Part shown: in pieces, positions 44,455 to 56,253 of the stretch
Position numbering within the stretch: position 1 is the stretch's first letter
Layout: each line of letters begins with the position of its first letter
DNA from: the human T2T-CHM13v2.0 reference genome, Homo sapiens
Strand: one strand, 5' to 3'
NCBI RefSeq assembly: GCF_009914755.1
Contig: NC_060926.1
DNA: 64,000 bases
Notes under the pieces: generated by a model
The model's database searches: none
Told to the model about the DNA's origin: nothing
What the model saw: the letters and a program-made list of their open reading frames with translations, nothing else
Made by a program: the position numbers and the translations under genes

Positions 44455-45560
44455 CTGGGAAAGGGTGAACTGTACCTTGGGGCCTGCCAATTTCTCTGAG
44501 CTGTGGATGCATAGGCATCCAGGGTTTGGAGATCTGCAGTGAAACCAAGGAGGGCCACAGGGACCCCAAATTGGCCTAAAGGATCCTGAAATCCCTGATC
44601 TACTCTGCTCCTTCCTTGGTGGGTTTCTTTGAGCTTGAGCCCCAAACTAGTCTTATCCGTAAAACAGGCATAGAAGGATTGACTTCTCAGTGCTGCTGTG
44701 AAAAACAAGCCCAAAAATGTTTGTAAAGCGCTTGGAAGTGCAGCAGCCCGGCACTTGGTGGGGACTTGACTTTCTGTGGCTGTGTTACTGTTGTTATTAC
44801 AATGACAATGATTGTTCTTCATTCCATATTGCACTGAAGTTTCCTAACCCTCATTAAAACATCAATTACAAAAGACAACACAAAATAGGCTACAGAGTGT
44901 TTCAAAGCCTGTTTGTGTAGCGATGGATGGCAGCCGGTGAAGATTATCCTTGTCTAAATATAACTGTTGCAGAGTTAGAGATCAGAAAACATAACCCATG
45001 GTAAAAATGATCATCACAACAACAACAACTAGCCCACATCTTCACTTGAGATCCGGTGTGTCTTCCGTTCAAATTTATAACATCTAAACAAAGTACCACC
45101 GGGTCTGAGTGGCGACTCTGGAAGCTGAGAAGGGAACATGATTTATGGGAGAGTCACAGGTAAGGCCCCAAAAGCTGAAGTTGACATCCCAGGCTGGGTT
45201 TCATGCTTGCGGACTCGGTTCTGGGCACGCATGAGCAAAATTCCTGCCGTGGTGCAAAAGGGAACTATCAGTGGGAAGGGGTGAGGGCCACGTGCTCACT
45301 GGCAACCAATAACTAACTCTCTCCCTGGCTTCTCTGTGAAGCCACAACAGTCACAATCTTGGAAGTTTTCTGCCCAAATCATCCAACCTTCTTGCAGGAG
45401 TAATCACTCGATGAGTAGAGATTCATTAGTAACGGTGTACAGTTACTGTACTGGGAAAGGGTGAACTGTACCGTGGGGCCTGCCAGTTTCTCCGAGCTGT
45501 GGACAATTAGGCATCAAGGCTTTGGAGACCTGCAGTGAGACCAACAAGGGCCAGAGGGAC
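44455..45560. repeat. Dispersed 110-bp direct repeat (44455-44564 and 45451-45560)
   Basis: Ungapped hand alignment: 14 mismatches in 110 (87%), offset 996 bp. Confidence 0.95.
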
Positions 45561-48026
45561 ATGTAAACCCGCTGCTGCCCATTTAAAGTGTAGGATACTT
45601 GGTGTTCACGGAGAGTTTTGGTCAAGATTCCTCTGAATACATGACTCATTGGTTACTCTCCATAGATCACCATTTTTACTGGAGTTGCAGCAAGAGAGCT
45701 CTGTGAGACAGTCCCAGCTGTGGTGGGACCTGCCCACCTGCCTGCTCATCTGAAGATCCAGAGAAGGGGATGCAAAACCAGGCTTGGCTTCCTTCCTGCA
45801 GCTGATGAACTCGAGCTGTTGGTCTTTCAAAGAATCGCTTCTATTGCTTTTACACAACCACCCACTCATGGTTTCTTGGCCCTTAAATAGCTGCTGTAGG
45901 GCCCACGGTGGTGTCAGGTGTGGAGGGAGGTACAGCGTGGTGGGCTGGGTGGAGACTGGAGCCGGCAGTGAGCATGGGAGCCCCAGAGGCTGTGGGGTCT
46001 CTGGCCCAGAAGTGCAGTGGGGAGCACAGATGCACTGCAGTCTTGGGGTGTGGCAATGGCTGTGTTGGTGAAGACCAAGGCTAGGGGCCCCAGAGTGTTG
46101 AGGGCAGCAGAGGGGCTCTCCAGACCAAGTGCTGAATTTTACTTTCCTCTTTTGGAGGCAAAAGGCTCCTCACATCTTCAGACCAATCTACATTCTCTTT
46201 CCCTTCTTTGGATGAAAGAGAATTTGGCCTTTGGCTCCCCTTCATCTGCTGTTGACATTCCCAGTGGATTCTGTCTTGGCTGGCGCTCGAGATGACGCAG
46301 TCTCTGAACATTCATTTTTATTTGGAGTTTTCCAAAAGCCTGAGAGGTGAATAATGTGATGTGGGTGAGCTTCTGACCCTCTGAAGCCTGGAATTGCAGA
46401 AAAGTCTGAAGACAGACCCTGGACCCATCCGACCAGACACTGGGTCTGGGTGGGCCTGTGATGAATTGGGTTATTAGCGAAATGGACCCCAAGGAGAGAG
46501 GCAAGAGGAGGAGGGCACTGGGAATGTGGAGAAACGGAAGCCCGAAGGGATTTCTGGGGACCAGACAGGGCATCCATCAGCCTGGGGGGTGGATTTTCTT
46601 TGCAGAGACAGCTTGGTCTGGGGGAAAGAAGGAGAGATTGAATGATGTTTGGTGAACCTGAGGGCTGTGTTTCCTCTACAAATCCACCCTTCACTTTTCA
46701 GCACCGTCTGTCCCCACGTGGCCCGGAGGAATTTGAGGAGTGGGGCCGCGGGGACTGCTGCACACCTTTGAGCTCCATTGCGGGTGGAGAGACAACTAAG
46801 CCACCGTCTATGTTACGGATTGGCAGCCCTTGCTTTATGGACTGGAAGATACTACTTTTGATTGCTGCAAAGACAAGAACAGTCTTTCTGTAAGACAGAT
46901 GTCCCAGCCACTGTGGCTATGAAAACTTCAAGGTCACTGGAGGAAATGCTGGATGAGGGGCGATGACGTCGGCCAGAATGGCGGCCTGAACACATCACTC
47001 CCCAAGACAGAAATATTGAGGAGCTGTGCTTCAGTGGACAGAACCCAGGGCCCCAGAGAAGTGTCTGGTGCAGCTTTATCATTTGCCCACAGGTGGAGGG
47101 ACGCTTTCTCTCCTTCCTCTCCCATCACGATGCTGTGAGGAGATTCAGGTAGGAATCTGCAGCGTGATCTGAATCCTAAGCGATGTGTGGTGTTTTATCA
47201 AAAGAACAAAATTGCTGACCATCCATCAATAGCTTCATTTTTAAAGGGCCTATAGTTTTGTCAAACAATAGAAACCATTCTGTCCAGAGTCCAGAATAAT
47301 GCTCCAGCCCCTTTGAATTAATAATACCCTACCTTATTCCATTAACACAGCTTAAAATACAGATACCATACAAAAAAGGAAGAAAAAAAGAAGAACGCAT
47401 GAGAGGAGACAGGGGTAGTCCTGCTAAGGCCAGGGGTGTGGAACCCCCGGCATTGGCTGTGTGGGCTGCGGCGAGACTGTGGTGCCTGCCCGTCTTGCGC
47501 TGTCTCCTTTCTCGGCTGGACAGCGCTGCCCCTTCATCCATGTTTCTCATTCTGGCCAACATGATCTGGCTGGAGGAAATGTTGGCTTCTTCTGGGTCTA
47601 GTCCTTAAGATCTTCTGTGACTCCTCCATCCTGTCTTCCCTCACTTCTTTGGATGCTGGCCAGGTGCAAAGGGTTCATGGGGGACGTTTTGAGGCCCTAA
47701 AAGATGAAGAAGGCACTAGATGGATGCAGAAATAGCTGGGCCTAAAGTGTTCCTGTATTTTGTGTATAACACTGATTTAGAAAGCCAGGATCACAATTTA
47801 TCAAGACAGAAATAAGCACATGTTGCAAACACAGTGGCTAATAAGCTAGCTGTTTATAGCATGCAGGGAGTAGATGGTTGTTCTTTTAGCAAAAAAAATG
47901 GAGCAGCAACTTACGAACAGCCAGAGAGGACCGTATATGCCCTCTGCTTTGCGGTGCTCACGTGATTGGAGAAGGAAGAACAGAAACCAAGTCTGACCTA
48001 ATCACTGTATTACTCCCATTCATGCT

Positions 48027-48130
48027 GACCACCACCACCACTGCCACCACGGCCACCACCACTGCCACCACGGCCACCACCACTGGCACCAGCACGTCTG
48101 CTGCTCCTGCCACTGACCATCATCATCTCC
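48027..48130. repeat. (CCA)n-derived low-complexity repeat with 21-bp internal duplication
   Basis: accaccactgccaccacggcc occurs twice in tandem. Confidence 0.85.
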
Positions 48131-49074
48131 AGTGTCAAATGTGACCTTTGCCACCATTCCCAACACCCTTCCCCAGAGCCACCCACACCACCATCAACAC
48201 AGTCACCCTATCTCCCGCCTCCTCAGCGTCACCCCACACTGCCTCCACCCCTACTGCCAGCAAGCACTTCTGTCTCCATTAGCACACGCTGTCACCTCCC
48301 GCCAATCCCCTCCACCATCTGTAACACCAACAGCACCATCGCCATCTTACCTCCAAGTCCTCACCGCTCCCCGCCAGTGCAGTGTTACGGTGGCCCCGCC
48401 ACGAGCCACCCCTGTGCATTCACACCCGTGTGTCCTCGGCCTCCCTCGAATCTGGGCTGGCCCTGTGCCTTCCTCTTGACCACAGAGGGTGGTGATGGTG
48501 CCTCTGTGTGGCTTGTGAGGCTGGGTCACAAGAATCCTTTCAGCTACTGCTCCAACTTCTTGAAACATGTGCTCATGAGATAACCCGTCGTGGGACCCAG
48601 CTGCCAGGTCTGAGAAGCTGCACTGAGGCCAGGTGCAGCCTGTCCGGTCGACATAGGCCCCGCTCAGTGCCCACGACGGCCAGCAGCAACTCCAGTCACA
48701 TGCGCGAGCGATCCTGGGTATCCACACTGTCCAGTCTCCAGATGAAGGAGCCTCAACTTTCATGTGACCCTCACATCATGAGGTACATTAAGGAGAATGC
48801 CCCAGCTCTGCCCAGACAACCCTTGGAAGCACATGGTGGAATAACGTGCTGTTTGAGCCTTCAGGGAGGTTTTCACACAGCACTAGATAGCAGAACGGCC
48901 GCCAGCACTCTCCCCAGCTTCCCCTGCCGTTCACCACCCGTCCTTCCCTCCTCCTGCCCAGCCCACACCACCCTCTTCTCTTCCTCTACCTCCACTGCCA
49001 CTGCCGCCAACACCCTTTCTCTCTGGGGGCCACATGGGGCCAGGTGCTCTGCTAACACCTCGTGAGTGTCACAG

Positions 49075-49210
49075 CAGCCCTGTGGCGTGAACCGTTCTCC
49101 TACTTCACAGATGAGAAGATGAAGGCTCAGAAGGTGACCGACTTGTCAGGGTCACCCAGCTATGCAGGGGCAGAGCCAGGATTCTGAGCCAGGCGTCCTG
49201 AGAGCCCCAG
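49075..49210 (-). mobile_element. MIR SINE
   Basis: ttcacagatgagaagatgaaggctcagaaggtgaccgacttgtcagggtcacccagct. Confidence 0.7.
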
Positions 49211-49797
49211 CCCAGGCTCCTCCTCGCTCCACTGCTTTGCCTCCCAGGGGCTCTTTTTTTGTGTCATTCCCATTAAAAAACATGTTTCAAAAGAAGTGGA
49301 TTTTGAATCTATTTAAGGAGAAGGAATTGAAAAAGTAAGCTCTCGTTGTATTTTAATGTTCATTTTAAGTAAATCATTACGCAAGTGGACTTTGAGACTG
49401 GAAGAAAAAAAAAAAACCCAACCCGGTGAAAAGAAACTACACTCTATGAGGAAGACACCATCACCATGGGTGCAAGGTGAGTGATCTTAATCTACCCGTC
49501 CCAAGAAAAATCAGCACCCACAAGGCTTTTGTCACTGTCAGGGCCAGAAATCATAATCCTTGTCCAGTTTCCTTTTGTCTTGGGTAGAGAGATATATGCT
49601 AAGAACAGAACGTGACCTAGTGGTTTATATCTGCAGCACATGCTCTGTGTTGGGTGCAGGTGCACACACCCCACCGGGTGCAGGCTCCCCTCAACTCATC
49701 TGGCGCCCACCGGGTCCAAGGGCCGCCCTCCTGGCAAGCACACAGTGGACAGCCCAGCCTCAGCTATCATGCATGGGAAGGGGCTGGGGGTACTTGC

Positions 49798-49975
49798 CGT
49801 ATCTGGAAGCATAGTCTGGTCTGGGCACCAAAATAATTTTCTGGTAAACTTTGCAGAAAGATTGGAGTTCAGCATCGAAGGGACGCCGTGTGGTCCCCAC
49901 AATCAGAATCCGGTCATCTGGTTTCAGGAGTTTCAGGATTTGGGGAAGGTGTTTTTTCAGGCGTTTAGGTTCATT
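49798..49975 (-). CDS. IQCA1: IQCA1/DRC11 coding exon, 178 nt ([10 protein letters not shown]...GTTRRPFD...PRPDYASRY), AAA sensor-1/SRH region
   Basis: Lies within ORF 49760..50005. Acceptor tttttctctctcccag; ends TAC G|gcaagt (GC donor); 59 codons plus 1 nt. Confidence 0.95.
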
Positions 49976-50719
49976 CTGGGAGAGAGAAAAAAAAAATTGG
50001 TCCACATATAGAAAAAAAGAATGAAAAAATGAAAGAAAATTTACTTAGGATGCATTGCAGCATCCTTTGTTAAAGTGATTGCAAAGCTCTGACAAACACA
50101 ATTTCTTAAGGTTTGTCCTGGGATGGGTCTCGGAATGTGCTTCCCAGTATGACCCAGTGGATTTTAATTGTCAGTGTTTCCTTTCCTCAACCTCTGGTGT
50201 CCAGATTTAGAGGGTGGGAAGGAAGGAAGCACCTTGGCCCTAGGAATGGGAAGTGGTGGCTGATTTACAAACGGAAGGAAGCTCACTCGGACCTGTAATG
50301 AGCTGTGGTGCTCCCATTTTCCTAAGTTGTTTGGAAGCTGGACACAAGACTTCCTTTGCTGATTGCTGGAACAATGAAGAGCCCAGCTCCTGCATCTCAT
50401 GTCTGAAAAATACCTGGTTACATAAGGCTGTGAAACTTATCTCTCTGAAGCAGTTGGGAAATAGTTTGAACCTGAATTATTTTAGTATAATCTCAGCACT
50501 AATGAGGGAGAGGAATGAGCGAGAACAGGCTGGCTGTTCAGCACCCCAGGGAGGACGACTTCCAGCCCGTGGGAGTCAGATCTGACCATGTTGCCATGGG
50601 CAACAGCCTGGCTGCAAACGAACCTCGCCCCCAGTGCAGACAGCAAAGAGGAAGCCGGGGAAGGAGAAGCACACCAGGGGCAATGGTGAGAGCCTCTGCA
50701 GAGACTTCCCAAGCACAGT

Positions 50720-51709
50720 CGAGGCCATTTTTGCTCCCATCTGGCTGACGGCTAATGATGTTCCTGCGTCTTTTCATGTGCTTATTGGTCATTTGTGTAT
50801 CTTATTTGGAAAAATGTGTATTTAGATTGTTGGCCCACTTTAAAAGTTGGGTTATTTGTCTTTTTATTATTGAGTTGTAAGGGTTCTTTGTAGGTTCTAT
50901 TAATAGATAGAAGTCCCTCAATATTACATGGTTTGCAAACATTTTCTTCTGTTCTGTGGGTTGTCTTTTCACTTTCTTGAGGATGTCCTTTGCAGCAAAA
51001 AAGTTTTTAATTTTGATGAGGTGCAATTTTCTTTTTGTGGCCTGTACTTTTGGTGTCATATCTAAGGAACAACTGCCTAATCTAAGGTCACAAAATTTAT
51101 GCCTATATTTTCTTGTAAGAGTGTTCTAGTTTTAGCCCTTATTTTTAGGTCTTTGATACATTATCAGTTGATTTTTGTATATGGCGTGAGGTAAGGGTCC
51201 AACTCTTTCTTTTGCAGGCAGCAATTCAACAGTCCCAGCATTACTTGTTGAAAAGATTATTCTTTCTGAATTGAATTGTCTTTGCACCTTTGTCAAAACG
51301 AACTGTAATGTAAGGCTTTATTACTGGATTCTTGATTCTGATCCATTGATCTATGTCTCTTCTTAGGCAAGTCCACACTGTCTTGATTGTTGTAGCTTTG
51401 TGGTAAGTTGGAAAATGAAATTGGGACATGTGAGTCCCCCAACTTTATTTTTCTTTTGAAGAATGTTTTGGCTGGATCTCCTGAATTTCTGGATGAATTT
51501 TAGGATCAGTTACCAATTTCTGCAAATAAGCTGGCTGAGATTTCATGGGAATTGCATTGAATATGTAGGCCAATTTGGGAATTATTACCATCTTAACAAG
51601 ATTAAGTCTTTCAACCAATGAATACAAATGTCTTTCCATTTATTTAGGCTTCCTTTAAATTTTTCAGCGTTTTTGTAGTTTTCAGAAAAGTCTTGCACTT
51701 CTTGTGTCA
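50720..51709 (-). mobile_element. L1M ORF2/3' fragment, intronic
   Basis: ORFs 50802..51059, 51241..51429 and 51445..51639 resemble decayed L1 ORF2 (MTPKVQATK...LIKIKNF; KATTIKTVW). Confidence 0.88.
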
Positions 51710-51733
51710 AAGAACTTTGTGAGAACAATTTCT

Positions 51734-52017
51734 TTTATTTTTGAGACAGAGTCTCACTGTGTCATCCAGGCTGCAGTGCAGTTGCACAATCTCTGCTCAT
51801 TGCAATCACCACCTCCTGGGTTCAAGTGATTCTTGTGCCTCCTGAGTAGCTGGGATTACAGGTGTGCACCACCATGCCCGGCTAATTTTTGTATTTTTAA
51901 TACAGACAAGGTTTGCCATGTTGGCCATGCTAGTCTCGAACTTCTGACCTTAAGTGATCTGCCCGCTTCGGCCTCCCAAAGTGCTGGGATTACAAGTGTG
52001 AGCCACCGTGCCTGGCC
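51734..52017 (-). mobile_element. Alu (AluS-like) with 24-bp flanking direct repeat
   Basis: aagaactttgtgagaacaatttct at 51710-51733 and 52020-52043. Confidence 0.93.
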
Positions 52018-55000
52018 CTAAGAACTTTGTGAGAACAATTTCTATAGAGTGGTGGGGGTAGCAAGCCGATGGTGGTGGGTTGAGGGGTGAGTAGGGTGGT
52101 GAGAAGAGACTTGCCTTAAAGAACAAAGCAGGTGGTGGGAGTGACTGGGCATTTGGGGTGCACATGTGAGCTGCCCAAAGAACAGTGGAAGTAGGACTGA
52201 TCTGACAGTCCTGGTGAGGCTGGAGACTGAGAATCCATGGGGGTAGAGACACACCTGCATGGTCTGAGCCCACCCTCAGCAACCCAGTTGCCATGGTGAT
52301 GGCAGTGTGATCCCTGCCCTTTCTGAGGCAGGAGATGACACTGTTACCTTTCTGTCCTGAAATGGCAGGGACATTTGAAATGAATCAGCCTATCTGGATG
52401 ACAAACGTTGATTCTGGGCAATGTCCAGAGTGACATCCTTGCTGATGGTGAGGTGCAGTCCCATGAACAGGGGACAGAAATTGGTGTGTCATTCAACTGG
52501 TAGTTCCCCTACACTCAGACCACCCCCATTCCAGTGCAGAGCCGTCTGTTATGCACGAGACCTGTGCACTCATCCATCATGCCAGCAAACCACCCCATGA
52601 TCACCTGGCCACCTCCAAAACCGCCGCCCCTACCGCGGGGCCTGCCAGCCCCTCACAACTGTATTACTTTGGGCAATTTCAAATTAGTGGCTAGCATCCA
52701 CGCAGCAATTTCAATTTGCTATTCTGCAGTTAGCTCCACAATACAACCGCCACAGCCAGCCCCAAGAAAGCAGCGATTCCTTGGCAGAGGCACTATCGTG
52801 ATGTCAGGGAGGCGCTTGCTAGATGAAGTAACAAAGGGTAATGGGGCAGAAAATGCAGGAGCAGCCCGTGCGCCTCATTCTTTACCGCCTTCACCTCAGA
52901 TACAAACAACTGACTGAGCGCACTCAAGGCGCAGGTGGGAGGAGACGCTACTCTCCTAGGAGGAGGAGAAAGGAGCGGGCCTGGTCCAGGCGTCTGCAGG
53001 GGGCAGGGGTGTGTTTGTAAAAGTGGCAGGGGTTGGAGTGGAGGTACTTGGAGTTTGGACTTTGCTGAAATTCTAGAGGTGTGAGGGGTTCTTTCAAAGA
53101 TTGCTGAGGACAGTGTGAGGGGAACAGGAGTGTGTGCAGGAGGACAGAGAATTCCGGAGTAGGGCCCATTTGGTTCTAAGACAAGAGGGCCCCAAAGGCA
53201 GGTTTTGGGATGATGTTTGGAGTGGCCCCAGGGCTCAGAGGGCCGCAGGGATGCGGTGTGGTTTAGGTGCACCAGGAGGGCTGACCCAATGGGCAGAAGG
53301 CGAAGCTGGTGGTTTCCCCCCCATGTCTTCCAGCCTGTGCTGTGTGTGGTGGGGAGAAGGCCCCATTCTGGCAACCTTGTTTCTGAATCTCAGCATGACC
53401 CGAGAGCAGCTGTGCGCCTTCTGGGAGCCTTTGTTCTCTTTTGTGTCACAGGGAAAACAATGCCTTCCTCTCAGGGTTGCCGGGAGTTTCCCTGACATAT
53501 GTATTGTGCTTGGGAAAGAGGAGGTATTCAACTGATGTCCCCCACCGCCACCGGGGTCCTCCTTTTCCTGTCCGCAACAGTGTCCCTGCGCCCGGGAAGT
53601 TTGGCTTCCATGCTCGGGTGGCGTCACTGATCTTCGCCATGCCCCAATCCCCGGGTGAGCTTCCTGCCTCTTATTGCGGGAGGGGCCTCACCCAAAGGCA
53701 GAGGGGCCGGAGGGTGCATTCAGTCACTGGATTTTCAAGGGGATTTCCCGGAGTCCCTCAACCCCAGGGCAAGGTCGGCCCTGCTGCCTGTATGGCACCC
53801 GTAGCTGGTGGAGTGCCAGCCTCCTGGATGTTCTTCTCTGTGCCTCTGTGCCCTTGGGATCAGGGCAGCCTTTGGGACAGAGGCCGGGGCAGGTGGGAGG
53901 AAGGACTAGGCTCCCTAGGTGGCTGAGTGATGCAATGAGGAGCAGGTTACGATGCCTCCTGGGCTCCTCTCACCTGTGTATGCCTCTGCTGCCCTTGGCT
54001 TTTGGTCACCTTCAGAATGTGGACGTCCAATGCTCATGGCCACCTGGGGCCCTGGTGGCAGAGGATCTTGGGTGAGACACAGAGTCTCAGAGGCTGGGAA
54101 GGACAGCAGGACTGGCCCAGTCATGGCTCTGGAGACGCAGGAAGGCAGCAGGAACTCTGCAGCCCTGCTCCCTGAGGGGCAGGCCCCGCAATGCCATCAC
54201 TGCACGGTGCAGGCCGAGTGGAGCTGGAGTTCCGTGTAGAGCTGGGCATGCACACGCAATGGTTTCCTCCCCCGCTCCTCTCCTGCTGCAGCATTGGAGC
54301 TGGGGGTGGAAATACTGGGGGTGGGAGGTGGAGGATGGCATTCATGCCTCTTGCAGCTCTGAGTCTGGGGTGGCTCAGGTCCCCTCGCCGGCCTTGCAGA
54401 TGCTCAGGAAGCCAGGGTGCCCTTTGGCTTGCAGTCCCCTAGGACTTATCCCAGGGTGTGACTCCTGGTCCTCAGTGCAGTTGACCTCCCCAACACACGA
54501 CGGACTCCTCTAATGGGAAGTGAACAGAGAAAACGTCCAGTTCATCCACAGCAAAGACCATGCCTCCAGTGGCCTTCATTTCCTACAGGGACAAAGCTAG
54601 GCATGGGCAGGGTTTGCGGGAATCGGGGATGGTGCTGAGAGGTTCGCTCTGTGTCAGGAGCACAAGGGCTGATTCAAGGCAGGGTTCCGCAGGCTCGGCT
54701 GCTTCTTCACGGCTTTCAGCTCCCTCCTCAGCGCGCCTCCTTCCCCTCACATCCACTCCCTTTATGCGAGGGTGTCTACAGGGTATATTTCATTCCCTGC
54801 CTCCAGCTTTCTCTCAGAGGCCCCCTCTCAGCGCTCCTTCCCCAGTGCTCCTCTGGCTCTCTCAGGAGGAACATTCCCGTTCCCCTTGCTCTCCCAGACT
54901 CAGATGGGCAGTGAGCAGGCAGCCGCAAGCACTGATGGCAAGCCCAGGGCACTGTGGGAGAATGCAGGGGGCTGCATGATCTCAGAGGCCGTGCGGGCTG

Positions 55001-55322
55001 AAATGCTTTCATTTAATAGTAAAGGAAGCGGAGGCTCAGAGAGGTTAAGTTACTTGTTTAAGGACACACAGCCAGCTGTGTGAATGCTGTTCACTGCTGG
55101 CCTGAGTTCCAGGCCAGTGTCTTCCACTCCCCAGGCTTATGTCTGGTGGGAGAGGGAGTAGCCCCTGCCCATGAATGAGCCAGGTTTCTGATAACTCCAG
55201 GTGTGTGACACGTGAGACGAAACACTGCCCTGCATTTCTCTTAGACGTGGGACCTGGTGGAGAACCCGGTCATTCCTGCCATCCATTTTGCATACCTACT
55301 TGTGGACCTTTTCAAGTTTTTC

Positions 55323-55354
55323 TGCAATGCAGCAACTTCGCCAGCAGAGGGAGT
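55323..55354 (+). promoter_or_regulatory. Candidate CTCF site (core plus upstream motif)
   Basis: tcgCCAGCAGAGGGAGt fits the CCASYAGRKGGCRS core except at the 3' end; TGCAAT lies 9 nt upstream. Motif match only. Confidence 0.55.
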
Positions 55355-56150
55355 GAACTACAAGAGTCCCAGATTAAATAATAAATGAGTTCTCTGAAGA
55401 CTTTCTGAAATGACAGGGCAATCAAGGCTCATTTGGGGAAGAAAAGATTGAGCTTCCACTCTTTATCCAAATCATCTCTACCTGCGAAAAGTGATGTATA
55501 ATACATAAGGATCAAAAGTGATTAAAATCCTTATGAATTTAATCAGAAATTCACAGTTAACCACTATTTGCTTTGGTGCAAATTGATGTGGAATAACAAT
55601 CTCGTGTATCTGCACATTTTTTTTAACTTGTGGGAAATTTGCTGGTGATTTGTGGGGGGAAGTGGTGGAGGAGGGGGACCATTGAAAGGAGAGAAAAGAA
55701 GGAAGGAAGCAATTGAAAAAGGACTCCCTGGAGGCCCGAATGTGGTGCACTTAGCAGTTCTGCTGAGGGTCTTTGTTCATCAATTGTGGGCCTTTTGCTA
55801 TTTATTATGATGAACAATAGGAAATCCTAATAATAACTCCTATGTGTGCCATTTGCTTTAACTGAGCAGAGTTCTCTAAATTGTTTCTTACCTCTGAATC
55901 GTATGTTTGGGTGGAAAATCCCTCTCCCCTTTCTTCCACACTTTCTTTCCTTCTAAACTATGTCTCATAAAGTCAGACCACAGAACCCTTTCAAATACAG
56001 TTAGGGCAGACAGAGACCACTACAGAGAGCCCCAGTGTTTCCTTCCTCGCTTGAAAAGGCAAGACCTTCTCAAAAAGTAGAGGTAGGCCTTGGTAAGGGC
56101 CTCCTTTGGAGGAAAGAAAAGGCAAAAGTAAGGCATGAGAAAGTCCTCAC

Positions 56151-56237
56151 CATCTTTTCTGCGTTGGGAACTTTTTTGTAGAAGGTTTTTTCTGTGTCTT
56201 CAATCCACACCACGGAGGGCTGGAGCTGTCGAGCCAC
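56151..56237 (-). CDS. IQCA1: IQCA1/DRC11 coding exon, 87 nt ([29 protein letters not shown]), AAA Walker-B region
   Basis: Minus-strand acceptor ttttcctctgcag and donor ATG|gtgagg; phase 0-0; joins in frame to the 49975 exon. Translated by hand (not in the ORF track). Upstream exons lie beyond the window. Confidence 0.93.
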
Positions 56238-56253
56238 CTGCAGAGGAAAAGGC

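Noticed and set aside
52534-55083. Cluster of overlapping 100-190 aa ORFs
   Set aside because: GC-rich intron with few stop codons; ORFs overlap on both strands, with no recognisable motifs or phase-compatible exon.
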